Shown one piece after another: positions 29,637 through 38,579 of a stretch of DNA of 64,000 nt. This DNA is from an uncultured Bacilli bacterium (GTDB lineage Bacteria > Bacillota_I > Bacilli_A > RF39 > UBA660), in NCBI GenBank assembly GCA_910587065.1, contig CAJUMA010000005.1:5644-69643 (forward strand). The letters are read 5' to 3'. A program made the position numbers and the translations under genes. How positions within the stretch are numbered: the stretch's first letter is position 1; the number at the start of each line of letters is the position of its first letter. Under the pieces are notes generated by a model. That model searched no databases, was not told the DNA's origin, and saw nothing but the letters and a program-made list of their open reading frames with translations.

Positions 29637-30076
29637 ACGAATTTGAAATAGTAAATAAATTTAATTACAAAAAAGAATACAAGTATCTAGATGATGTAAT
29701 AAACCATACATTAGATAAACTTAATGTCGAAAAAGCGTGTCTTAGCATCATATTTATTGATGATACAGAAATGCATGAATTAAATAAAAAATATCGGGGA
29801 ATTAATCGAACGACTGATGTTTTAAGTTTTGCTCTAGAAGATAATAACACATTTCCATTACCCATTCGTGAATTAGGGGATATATTCGTGTCTATTCCGA
29901 AAATGCAAGCTCAAGCAGTCGAATATGAACATTCCGAAAAAAGAGAACTATCTTTTTTAGTTTGCCATGGCCTATTACATTTACTTGGCTATGACCATAC
30001 CAAGAGTAAAGAAGAAGAAAAAAAACAATTTTCTCTTCAAGAAGAAATTTTGAATGATTTAAATATAGTTTTATGA
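29633..30076 (+). CDS. ybeY: rRNA maturation endoribonuclease YbeY
   Basis: HGLLHLLGYDH zinc-binding motif; GAGGTGGG RBS. Confidence 0.85.
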   Translation: MNEFEIVNKFNYKKEYKYLDDVINHTLDKLNVEKACLSIIFIDDTEMHELNKKYRGINRTTDVLSFALEDNNTFPLPIRELGDIFVSIPKMQAQAVEYEHSEKRELSFLVCHGLLHLLGYDHTKSKEEEKKQFSLQEEILNDLNIVL

Positions 30077-30109
30077 TATAATTATTAAAGTAGTAAGGAG
30101 TTTTGCAAT

Positions 30110-30991
30110 ATGAGAAGTGGATTCATTAGTATAGTTGGCCGTCCAAATACTGGTAAAAGTACTTTAATTAATACAATAATTAACGAACACATCGCGATAG
30201 TATCCAATGTAGCTGGAACAACAAGAAACACTATTCAAGGCGTTTATCATGATGATGATACACAAATCGTATTTGTCGACACTCCAGGAATTCATAAATC
30301 AATAGATAGACTAGGAAAACATTTAAACAAACAAACATACGAATCTCTAGAAGATATAGATGCTATTCTTTTTGTAGTTGATGCTGCCTCTGGTATCGGA
30401 AAAGGAGATAAATTTATAATTGAAGCCCTAAAACACACAACTGTGCCTGTAATATTAGTTTTAAATAAAATAGATAAATTAACAAAAGATGGCATATTAA
30501 AAGCAATAACAGATTATAAAGATTTATTTGATTTTGCTGATATTATTCCTATAAGTGCCTTAAAAAAGGATAATGTTGAAAGATTAATTGAAATAACAAA
30601 AAAATACTTAAAAGATAATATAAAGTATTATGAAGATGATGTTATTACCAATAACGATCCTAACTTTATGATAGCTGAATTAGTACGGGAAAAAATACTA
30701 AATCTAACTACAGAAGAAGTACCACATGCTATAACATGTCTACTAACAAGTTATAATGAAAAAAACAATATAGTTGAAATATCTGTCGATATAATAGTTG
30801 CAAGGGATTCTTTAAAGAAAATTATTATTGGCAAAAAAGGCACAATGTTAAAAACAATCGGCACTGAAGCAAGAAAAGATATTGAACATATGCTTGGTAA
30901 ACAAGTGTATTTAGAATTATATGTAAAAACCATTAAAAATTGGCGCAATAAAGAAAAATACTTATATGAACTAGGATTTAACGAAAAATAA
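30110..30991 (+). CDS. era: GTPase Era
   Basis: GRPNTGKST G1 motif, DTPG, NKID and the C-terminal KH domain. Confidence 0.9.
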   Translation: MRSGFISIVGRPNTGKSTLINTIINEHIAIVSNVAGTTRNTIQGVYHDDDTQIVFVDTPGIHKSIDRLGKHLNKQTYESLEDIDAILFVVDAASGIGKGDKFIIEALKHTTVPVILVLNKIDKLTKDGILKAITDYKDLFDFADIIPISALKKDNVERLIEITKKYLKDNIKYYEDDVITNNDPNFMIAELVREKILNLTTEEVPHAITCLLTSYNEKNNIVEISVDIIVARDSLKKIIIGKKGTMLKTIGTEARKDIEHMLGKQVYLELYVKTIKNWRNKEKYLYELGFNEK

Positions 30992-31005
30992 AAGGAGGAT
31001 AAAAT

Positions 31006-32310
31006 ATGGCTAATGTTATTAAATTAAACGATTATTTAAAAAGGCAAAAAGAACTATTTGATGCATATATTAAGTCCTCTGGCAAAGAAATATCCGTTGA
31101 TGCTTTTAAAGAAAGATACGAATTAGAAGATGGAGTAGCACATACAAGCGATGATTTGCTTAAATATATATATTCTTACGTAAAAAGTAAACGCATAACA
31201 GAAGCCGAGCTTTCTTCTTATAATGATACTAAAAAAGTTCCCAATGACATTGTTTTTAAAAGAGGAAGAATAATTATAGAATCTCTTATAGCGTCACAAG
31301 GAAACACGCAAGATTTAGAAAAGTTAGCCTCTGAATTTGCTAAAAAAGATGGTAAAATTCATCCCTATGATAATAAATATTTATTAAAATGTCGTGATTA
31401 CTATATGCGTACTTCCAAAAACGCAGATATTTTAATGGCATACAAAAATGTTTGTGAATTAGTCACAAGAGGATCATATGATATTGAACTTCCTATAAAA
31501 ATATTAGAAATAACAGATAATTCTAAAGCCATTGAGTTTATAAATAGAATAAGTATAAGTAAATCTAGTTTACGCAAACTTGTAAATGAATATGAAACGC
31601 TTTATCCTGCTAACACTGCAAATATAACAAGGCTTAATTATTTATTAAAAGAAGCTTACAAAACAGATGATAAAGTTGTAAAATTTTATGATGTAAAACA
31701 AAATCATGATACACTTAAGGATCGTTTAGTTAGTTTAAGAAGAATACTAGAAGAATATCTAATAAGTGATCGTGAAGATATAAGTGAACTTTTTGATAAA
31801 TATCATTTCAATTCCTATAAGTTTAAAGAAACTCTTAAAGATGCAAGATCTGGTCGTGATATTCTTTTAAATAGTCTAATAGATAAATATGAAGCCAAAA
31901 ATATCGCAATAGACAATATGTACAAAGAGATTTTAACTAAAATAATGCAGGCCAAGTATAACGGTATTAATTATGGCTATGGCTATCGTGAATTTAATAT
32001 ATACGATTACTATATGCTAAAAGAAGGTAATAGTATGGCCAAATTAATTAAATATGCTAATAAAATTTATACAGAAGAAGATGCTAGTGTTATAGTTGAG
32101 GTTATAAAAGAATGTGAAGTAACAAACGTCGTTTCTCGAGATCATTTAGCTGAATCTCACAAAAAAGAAAATCCCGATTTAATATTAGATTATTTAGAAT
32201 ATGCTTCATTACCACTTTCTGAAGAAATGTTTGAAGCAGTATATACAAGATTCTCAGAAAATGATATCAGTTTTGAAGTAGTTGAAACACCAAAATCTGT
32301 TAATATGTGA
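31006..32310 (+). CDS. hypothetical alpha-helical protein (434 aa) inserted between era and yqzL-recO
   Basis: AAGGAGG RBS; no recognisable motifs; its position interrupts otherwise conserved Bacillus-type synteny. Confidence 0.5.
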   Translation: MANVIKLNDYLKRQKELFDAYIKSSGKEISVDAFKERYELEDGVAHTSDDLLKYIYSYVKSKRITEAELSSYNDTKKVPNDIVFKRGRIIIESLIASQGNTQDLEKLASEFAKKDGKIHPYDNKYLLKCRDYYMRTSKNADILMAYKNVCELVTRGSYDIELPIKILEITDNSKAIEFINRISISKSSLRKLVNEYETLYPANTANITRLNYLLKEAYKTDDKVVKFYDVKQNHDTLKDRLVSLRRILEEYLISDREDISELFDKYHFNSYKFKETLKDARSGRDILLNSLIDKYEAKNIAIDNMYKEILTKIMQAKYNGINYGYGYREFNIYDYYMLKEGNSMAKLIKYANKIYTEEDASVIVEVIKECEVTNVVSRDHLAESHKKENPDLILDYLEYASLPLSEEMFEAVYTRFSENDISFEVVETPKSVNM

Positions 32311-32360
32311 ATAAATTAATAAAATAGCACCCATTATATAATTAGAAAGGGTGTTATTTT

Positions 32361-32438
32361 ATGACAAAAAAAGAACTATGGGAATTATTTAGAAAAACGG
32401 GAAAAATAGAATATTATCTAGAGTATAAAAAGAAGTGA
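32361..32438 (+). CDS. YqzL-like small protein (25 aa), not in the ORF track
   Basis: ATG at 32361 after an AAAGGGTG RBS. MTKKELWELFRKTGKIEYYLEYKKK matches the W.lF..TG.i..YL.YK pattern of the Bacillus era-yqzL-recO gene. Confidence 0.5.
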   Translation: MTKKELWELFRKTGKIEYYLEYKKK

Positions 32439-32443
32439 AGTAA

Positions 32444-33178
32444 ATGTTAAAAAAAATAGAAGGTGTTGTTATTAGTGAAACACCATATAAAGATAATTCA
32501 AAAATCTTAAATATTCTTACAAAAGACGGAATAATCGGATTAATATCTAAGGGGTGTAAAAATTTAAAGAGTCCTCTTAGATTAATTTCCTCGAAACTTG
32601 TATACGCAGAATTTACAATATACTATAATGAATCAAGTCTTTCAACACTTAAGGAAGGTTCAATAATTAATAATTTTTCGTATATCAGAACAGAGCCTTC
32701 TTTAATTCCTTATTCAGTGTATATATACATAACTGATTTAGTAAGGCAAGTAGTGAAACAAACAGAGACAAATAACATCTATGATTTATATATAAGCACT
32801 ATAAAAAAAATAGAGGATGGTTTAAATCCTATCGTAATGATGAATATATTAGAAATAAAATTGCTTGATTATCTTGGATGTCCAATCGAACTTAATGCTT
32901 GTGCTAAATGTGGAAGCAACAAAAATATTATTACAATAGATCCCGATGTTGGTGGCTATATTTGTAAAAACTGTTATACACACGAAATAATATATGATGA
33001 AAAAACAAGAAAGATGCTAAGAATGTATTATTTGGTCGATATAGATACAATAAAAGAGTTAAAAATAAAAGATTATGTAGTGGATAATATTAATAATTTT
33101 TTAACTATGTACTATGACCGTTATACAGGCATTTATATACATACAAAAAAATTTCTTGATAAAACACTAAACTACTGA
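32444..33178 (+). CDS. recO: DNA repair protein RecO
   Basis: N-terminal OB fold (GVVISETPYKDNSKILNILTKDG) and a C-terminal CxxC..CxxC zinc motif (CAKCG..CKNC). Confidence 0.8.
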   Translation: MLKKIEGVVISETPYKDNSKILNILTKDGIIGLISKGCKNLKSPLRLISSKLVYAEFTIYYNESSLSTLKEGSIINNFSYIRTEPSLIPYSVYIYITDLVRQVVKQTETNNIYDLYISTIKKIEDGLNPIVMMNILEIKLLDYLGCPIELNACAKCGSNKNIITIDPDVGGYICKNCYTHEIIYDEKTRKMLRMYYLVDIDTIKELKIKDYVVDNINNFLTMYYDRYTGIYIHTKKFLDKTLNY

Positions 33179-33216
33179 CTTTTATAAGTCTTTTTCTTTT
33201 GCTATAATATACTTAG

Positions 33217-34533
33217 GTGATATACTTGAAAACACTTAAACAAAGAAAAATAGAGAGAGAAAAAGAAAAACAAACTCTAAAGTCTTTAGCTGATGAAGAA
33301 GATAAAATAAAGCAAGAAATAGATGAAATAATGCCTGAATCTAAATTTACAATAAAGGAATCTATTAATTTATTAAAAGGGGAAGATGAAGAAGAACAAG
33401 AATATTACAGCTATTTAACCGAAGACGAAAAAAAAGAAGAATTAGACAAGAAAAAAGAGCAAAAGAAAATTCTTAAAGTTGCCATCTCCGTTTTAGTTGT
33501 TACGGTTATTATGGTAACTATTGGCTCCAAAGTTTTTTATGATACTTTTAAAAATGATTTATTAAAAATAACTGAACCTCTGTTAAAAGAACACTATCAA
33601 AAAAAGACAGGAAACAAAGCAAAAACAAAAACTATAGAAGAATTTAAAACCAAAGACAAAGACAATAACGAAGTTGGGTCAGGCATTTATTTGCTAACAA
33701 CAAAAGATAATAAGCATATAATGTCTGTAAACAACGTCTTAATAGGTGATGATATAAATAATAGTGACATTTCCGAATCAATAAAAAGCGAACTAAAAAA
33801 GGGTTTTACTGCTGCTGAATTAGTAACTGATTCAATTAAACTTTCTTATGATGATTATTACCTAGAATACAATCGTTTCTTAGACTATATTAATGTCTTG
33901 CCAAGCGGATTTTCAAAAGAAGATTTATTAAATTCAAATAAGTTAGTTATAACATATAAAGCCATCTATAAAGGACAAATAGATACTACTCCTTTGGAAA
34001 ACATAATGAGTGGATTATCGAGTAACTCTACCTTTATCTTACTTCGCCAAGATGCATCGGGTATTTCTAATATAATAATTATAAAAAAAGAAAAAACTAT
34101 AAGTATGGATGTAACTGCCTTAATAGAAAAAGAAAAAGGAATAACCTATTTAGAGTTAGATAGAAAAATAAACTCTGTATCAAATGTAGAAGTAAAATTA
34201 CTTGCAAATTCATCAGTAAGTACAGAAAGCAATTATAATATTATTAACCCTATAGTTATAAAAAAAGAAGAAGAAAGAGGTAACAGAGAAGAGCCACAAA
34301 AAGAGAATTACTTCTTTTTAAGATTTGATTCTGGACTTCTAAATGAAAATAGTTTTGTTGAGCTAAACACAAGCAAAAAGGAAGACACTTATACAGAAAA
34401 GAAAAAGGAGGACTATGATGATATATATTTAATAAGCATTGGATCTTCGACATATTTATTAGGAGAAAATAACTTATTTGTTGGAAAAGTCAGTGGAAAA
34501 AAGTCATTTCTTTGCAATTTAGGAATATGTTAA
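33217..34533 (+). CDS. hypothetical membrane-anchored protein (438 aa)
   Basis: GTG start immediately after a TATAAT at 33203-33208 (possibly leaderless); charged N-terminal region, one TM, large extracytoplasmic domain. Confidence 0.45.
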   Translation: MIYLKTLKQRKIEREKEKQTLKSLADEEDKIKQEIDEIMPESKFTIKESINLLKGEDEEEQEYYSYLTEDEKKEELDKKKEQKKILKVAISVLVVTVIMVTIGSKVFYDTFKNDLLKITEPLLKEHYQKKTGNKAKTKTIEEFKTKDKDNNEVGSGIYLLTTKDNKHIMSVNNVLIGDDINNSDISESIKSELKKGFTAAELVTDSIKLSYDDYYLEYNRFLDYINVLPSGFSKEDLLNSNKLVITYKAIYKGQIDTTPLENIMSGLSSNSTFILLRQDASGISNIIIIKKEKTISMDVTALIEKEKGITYLELDRKINSVSNVEVKLLANSSVSTESNYNIINPIVIKKEEERGNREEPQKENYFFLRFDSGLLNENSFVELNTSKKEDTYTEKKKEDYDDIYLISIGSSTYLLGENNLFVGKVSGKKSFLCNLGIC

Positions 34534-34588
34534 TTATTAATTATATGCTATAATTAAAGAGTTATGAAAGCGATTAGGAGGAAAACTT

Positions 34589-36331
34589 ATGAATTTAAAA
34601 GATTTATATATAAATTTTTTTGTTAGTAAAGGGCATAAACAAATACCTTCATCACCAGTAGTTCCAGAAAATGATCCATCAGTATTATTTAATACTGCTG
34701 GCATGCAACCATTAATCCCTTATTTGATGGGGCAATCTCATCCCTATGGTAAAAGGTTATGTGACTATCAAAAATGTATAAGAACTAATGATATTGATGA
34801 AGTAGGAGATACATATCATCATACTTTCTTTGAAATGTTAGGTAATTGGAGTTTAGGGGATTACTTTAAGAAAGAAGCCATAACTTGGAGCTATGAATTT
34901 ATTACTGAGCATCTTCATGTACCAGCAGAAAAACTAGCTGTAACAGTGTTTGCCGGAAATGAATTTATTCCCTTTGATGAAGAATCTTATAATGTTTGGA
35001 AGTCTTTAGGAATAAAAGAGGAGCGTATTGCTAAACTTGCTGATAATTTTTGGATTGCTGGAGATTCTGGACCATGTGGAGGAGACTCTGAAATGTTTTA
35101 TTGGCGAAGTGATGAAAAAGTTCCTGAAATTTTTGATCCCAATGATGAAAGATGGGTTGAGTTTTGGAACGATGTTTTTATGCAATATAACAAACATGAA
35201 GATGGAAGCGTTTTAGAACTTCCACATAAGAATGTCGATACTGGTATGGGTGTTGAAAGAACAGTTTCCATACTTGAGGGAGTAAACGATAATTATGAAT
35301 CATCTATTTGGAAAGATGTAATTGAATTAATTAGTAATATTGCTTCACTACCATATAAAGGAAATGAAAGAAGTATGCGTATTATTGCCGATCACCTACG
35401 TACAGCTGTATTCATAAGTGCTGATCCAGCAGGAATTAAACCAAGCAACACTGATCAAGGTTACATTTTAAGAAGGTTAATAAGAAGAGCAATAAGGCAT
35501 GCAAAGTCCCTTGGTATAGATATTGCATCAGACTGGGATACACAAATTGCAAAGTTAATTCTTTCTAAATATAATAAATATTATCAAGAACTTAAAGATA
35601 ATGAAAATGTTGTTTTAGAAGTGTTAACTAATGAAAAAGCTAAATTTAATCGTACGTTAGAAAAAGGTTTGAAGGAGTTTAATAAAGTTACAGAAAACGT
35701 CACCAATATAGATGGGACAACTGCTTTTCACCTATTTGATACATACGGTTTCCCACTTGAGTTAACAGTCGAACTTGCAGAAGAAAGAGGTTTAACTGTT
35801 GATACTGAAGGGTATAAAGAGAAATTTAAGGCTCATCAAGAATTATCAAGAGCTGGGAGTCAAGAAAAGTTTAAAGGCGGTCTTGCTGGAAACTCTGAAA
35901 TTGAAACTAAGTATCATACAGCTACTCATTTACTTAATGCAGCCTTAAAACTTGTCATTGGGCCTGATACACATCAAAGAGGATCAAATATAACTGTTGA
36001 AAGAATGCGCTTTGACTTCAATTGTGATCATAAATTAACGGATGAGGAAAAAGACAAAGCTGAAAATCTAGTCAATGGTTGGATAAATGAGGGATTAGAA
36101 GTTCAAGTTCAAGAAATGAGCAAAGAAGAGGCTCTAAACTCTGGTGCTGAATGCATGTTTATTGAAAAGTATCCTGATATGGTAACAGTTTATACGATTG
36201 GTGATAATGTGTCTAAAGAATTATGTGGCGGACCTCACGTTAAAAACACAAGCGAACTTGGTCACTTTAAAATCGTAAAAGAAGAAGCATCATCATCTGG
36301 AGTTAGAAGAATAAAGGCAGTATTAGAATAA
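34589..36331 (+). CDS. alaS: alanine--tRNA ligase, short form (catalytic and editing domains, no C-Ala domain)
   Basis: N-terminus KGHKQIPSSPVVPENDPSVLFNTAGMQP is the AlaRS signature. Editing-domain zinc motifs HTATH and CGGPH are present, and it ends GVRRIKAV. It is only 580 aa versus about 870 aa typically. Confidence 0.75.
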   Translation: MNLKDLYINFFVSKGHKQIPSSPVVPENDPSVLFNTAGMQPLIPYLMGQSHPYGKRLCDYQKCIRTNDIDEVGDTYHHTFFEMLGNWSLGDYFKKEAITWSYEFITEHLHVPAEKLAVTVFAGNEFIPFDEESYNVWKSLGIKEERIAKLADNFWIAGDSGPCGGDSEMFYWRSDEKVPEIFDPNDERWVEFWNDVFMQYNKHEDGSVLELPHKNVDTGMGVERTVSILEGVNDNYESSIWKDVIELISNIASLPYKGNERSMRIIADHLRTAVFISADPAGIKPSNTDQGYILRRLIRRAIRHAKSLGIDIASDWDTQIAKLILSKYNKYYQELKDNENVVLEVLTNEKAKFNRTLEKGLKEFNKVTENVTNIDGTTAFHLFDTYGFPLELTVELAEERGLTVDTEGYKEKFKAHQELSRAGSQEKFKGGLAGNSEIETKYHTATHLLNAALKLVIGPDTHQRGSNITVERMRFDFNCDHKLTDEEKDKAENLVNGWINEGLEVQVQEMSKEEALNSGAECMFIEKYPDMVTVYTIGDNVSKELCGGPHVKNTSELGHFKIVKEEASSSGVRRIKAVLE

Positions 36332-36352
36332 AGAAGGGAAACCTTCTTTTTA
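36332..36352 (+). terminator. rho-independent terminator after alaS
   Basis: AGAAGG-GAAA-CCTTCT hairpin followed by TTTTT. Confidence 0.5.
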
Positions 36353-36412
36353 ATTTGACAATATAAAAAGATAGGAATAAAATAACACAAATAACTGAAT
36401 TAAGGAGTAAAT

Positions 36413-37234
36413 ATGGAAAAAAGTGCAAGTTATTATAAAAAGAAAACAGATTTTTATTACAAACTTGGGAAAGACATAGTTATATTAAAGCATTATGCTT
36501 ATCTTCAAGAAAGACACTATTACAATGCTATTTCTGATTCGATTGAATATAAAAGTATTAAAAGATTGTATGAAGATATTTTTGCTTACTTAATAAAATA
36601 CATGCATATTTTAGAGCAAAAAAGTGTTGAAGAAATATTTGCTTACGTTCTAGTTTTAATAGAATTAAAATATTTATGTTATACTCGTAATCTTGTTTAC
36701 TCCAACGTAACATTAAGTATTAATGAAATTCCAATTCTTTCTGCACTAGCCCTTAATAACCATGGTAAATGTAGAAACCTTGCTTCTCTTTTAAGCGATT
36801 TTTATAGCTCTGAAGGATATGATGCGATGATTTATGGAGGAATAAAACAAGATTTAGAAGAGTACATGGCTCGCAAAAGAACAAGAATTCATGCTGATCA
36901 CGCGATAACAATTGTAAGCGATGCTGAATATTCCTACTTACTTGATCCAGCAAAGCAAGAATTATATTCACTTCTCGAAGATGAAATGCTAGTTTCTAAT
37001 AAATTCTCAATAATGACCAAAGACAGAAGTAGGTTAGCTTCAATTCAAGAAAAAATATATTTTACTTTGCCACCTTTAAAGGAAATTAAAAATATAGAAG
37101 AATGTAGTAAAAACATCCACAAAAATATCCTCAAGCTAACAAATAATCTTGATATATTTGATGAACTATATCAAGAGATTAGACCAGCCTTAGAAGAAGC
37201 AGAAAGCGTCTACCAAAAGATTCTAAGAGTTTAA
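36413..37234 (+). CDS. transglutaminase-like cysteine peptidase superfamily protein (cytoplasmic)
   Basis: NNHGKCRNLASLLSDFYSSEGYDAMIYGG (Cys) followed by HADHAITIVSDAEYSYLLDP (His, Asp) fits a Cys-His-Asp transglutaminase-like core; no signal peptide. Confidence 0.45.
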   Translation: MEKSASYYKKKTDFYYKLGKDIVILKHYAYLQERHYYNAISDSIEYKSIKRLYEDIFAYLIKYMHILEQKSVEEIFAYVLVLIELKYLCYTRNLVYSNVTLSINEIPILSALALNNHGKCRNLASLLSDFYSSEGYDAMIYGGIKQDLEEYMARKRTRIHADHAITIVSDAEYSYLLDPAKQELYSLLEDEMLVSNKFSIMTKDRSRLASIQEKIYFTLPPLKEIKNIEECSKNIHKNILKLTNNLDIFDELYQEIRPALEEAESVYQKILRV

Positions 37235-37256
37235 ATTAGTTTAAACTCTTTTTTTG
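37226..37256 (+). terminator. rho-independent terminator
   Basis: AGAGTTTAA-ATTAGT-TTAAACTCT 9-bp hairpin followed by TTTTTTT. Confidence 0.55.
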
Positions 37257-37310
37257 TTTATTAGGAAAAAAATTTATGTTATAATGAAAATAATAAGGAA
37301 GGTAGAGAAA

Positions 37311-38537
37311 ATGAATATATTAGATATTATTACAAAAAAGAAAAATGGTAGTTCACTTTCCTATGATGAACTTAAATTTGCTTTTATGGGATATTTGAAT
37401 GGGGAAATACCAGATTATCAAATAAGCGCTTTACTCATGGCAATAACGATTATGGGCATGAATATCTCAGAAACTCTATCTTTAACAGATATCTTTATTC
37501 GTAGTGGCAAGGCGTATGATTTAGCTGGCGCTATGAAATATACTGTAGATAAGCATTCGACTGGAGGGGTAGGAGACTCTACAACTCTTATCATCGGCCC
37601 TATGTGTGCATCTCTTGGTCTACACCTAGCGAAGATGAGTGGCCGTGGACTTGGTCTTACAGGTGGAACAATAGATAAAGTAGAATCCATTCCAGGTTTT
37701 GATGTTGATTTAAGTGAAGAAGACTTTTATACTCAGGTTGAAGAATTAGGATTTGCTCTTTCTAGTCAAACAAGTGAACTTGTACCATTAGATAAGATGG
37801 TTTATGCTCTTCGTGATGTAACTGGAACAACAGAATCAATTCCTTTAATTGCCTCCTCTATTATGTCTAAAAAGATTGCGTCTGGGGCAGATAATATTTT
37901 AATTGATATAAAAGTTGGCAGTGGAGCTTTAATAAAAAATATGGAAGATGCTAAAATACTGAGCGAATGGTTAATCAAAATAGGAGATGCATACAAAAAG
38001 AATGTAAGAACACTTATAAGTGATATGGATACACCTCTTTCTTATGCAATAGGAAACTCACTTGAGGTATGTGAAGCAATTAATGTCCTACATGGGAAAA
38101 AATGTCCTCTTTATAATGCTTGCATTGAAATAGTAGCCAATCTCTTATCAATGGCTAAAGGTATTGATTTAGGAGAAGCTGAAGTAAGAGCTGAACAAGT
38201 TTTAAAAAATGGTGAGGCTTTAAAGAAATTTTATGAATTTGTAGCAAGACAAGGTGGGAAGTTAAAAGAAGTTAAAGTGGCTCCGCATGTAATTCCAGTC
38301 AAAACTAAATTTGAAGGTACAATTACAAGAATTGATGCTTTAGGTGCCGCAAAACTTGCCGCAAAACTTGGTGCATCAAAAATGTCTTTAGACGATAAGA
38401 TAGATTATACAGTTGGAATTCTTTTAAACTACAAAATAGGTGATAAAGTAAAAAAAGATGACACCTTATTAAATATTTATACAAATAAATATGTTAAATT
38501 CACTGAAAGAGATTTTGACTTTATTGAAGTAGAATAA
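37311..38537 (+). CDS. pdp: pyrimidine-nucleoside (thymidine) phosphorylase
   Basis: DKHSTGGVGD signature and SGRGLGLTGGT. Start taken at ATG 37311 after AGGAAGG; the track start at 37254 would add a hydrophobic extension. Confidence 0.85.
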   Translation: MNILDIITKKKNGSSLSYDELKFAFMGYLNGEIPDYQISALLMAITIMGMNISETLSLTDIFIRSGKAYDLAGAMKYTVDKHSTGGVGDSTTLIIGPMCASLGLHLAKMSGRGLGLTGGTIDKVESIPGFDVDLSEEDFYTQVEELGFALSSQTSELVPLDKMVYALRDVTGTTESIPLIASSIMSKKIASGADNILIDIKVGSGALIKNMEDAKILSEWLIKIGDAYKKNVRTLISDMDTPLSYAIGNSLEVCEAINVLHGKKCPLYNACIEIVANLLSMAKGIDLGEAEVRAEQVLKNGEALKKFYEFVARQGGKLKEVKVAPHVIPVKTKFEGTITRIDALGAAKLAAKLGASKMSLDDKIDYTVGILLNYKIGDKVKKDDTLLNIYTNKYVKFTERDFDFIEVE

Positions 38538-38579
38538 GCAAATATGCTATACTAATATAAGAATAAGAGGTTGGTTGTT

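Noticed and set aside
28066-30948. Minus-strand ORFs 28066.., 29279.., 29665.., 30292.. and 30751..
   Set aside because: Embedded antisense in yqfD, the VanZ-like gene, ybeY and era
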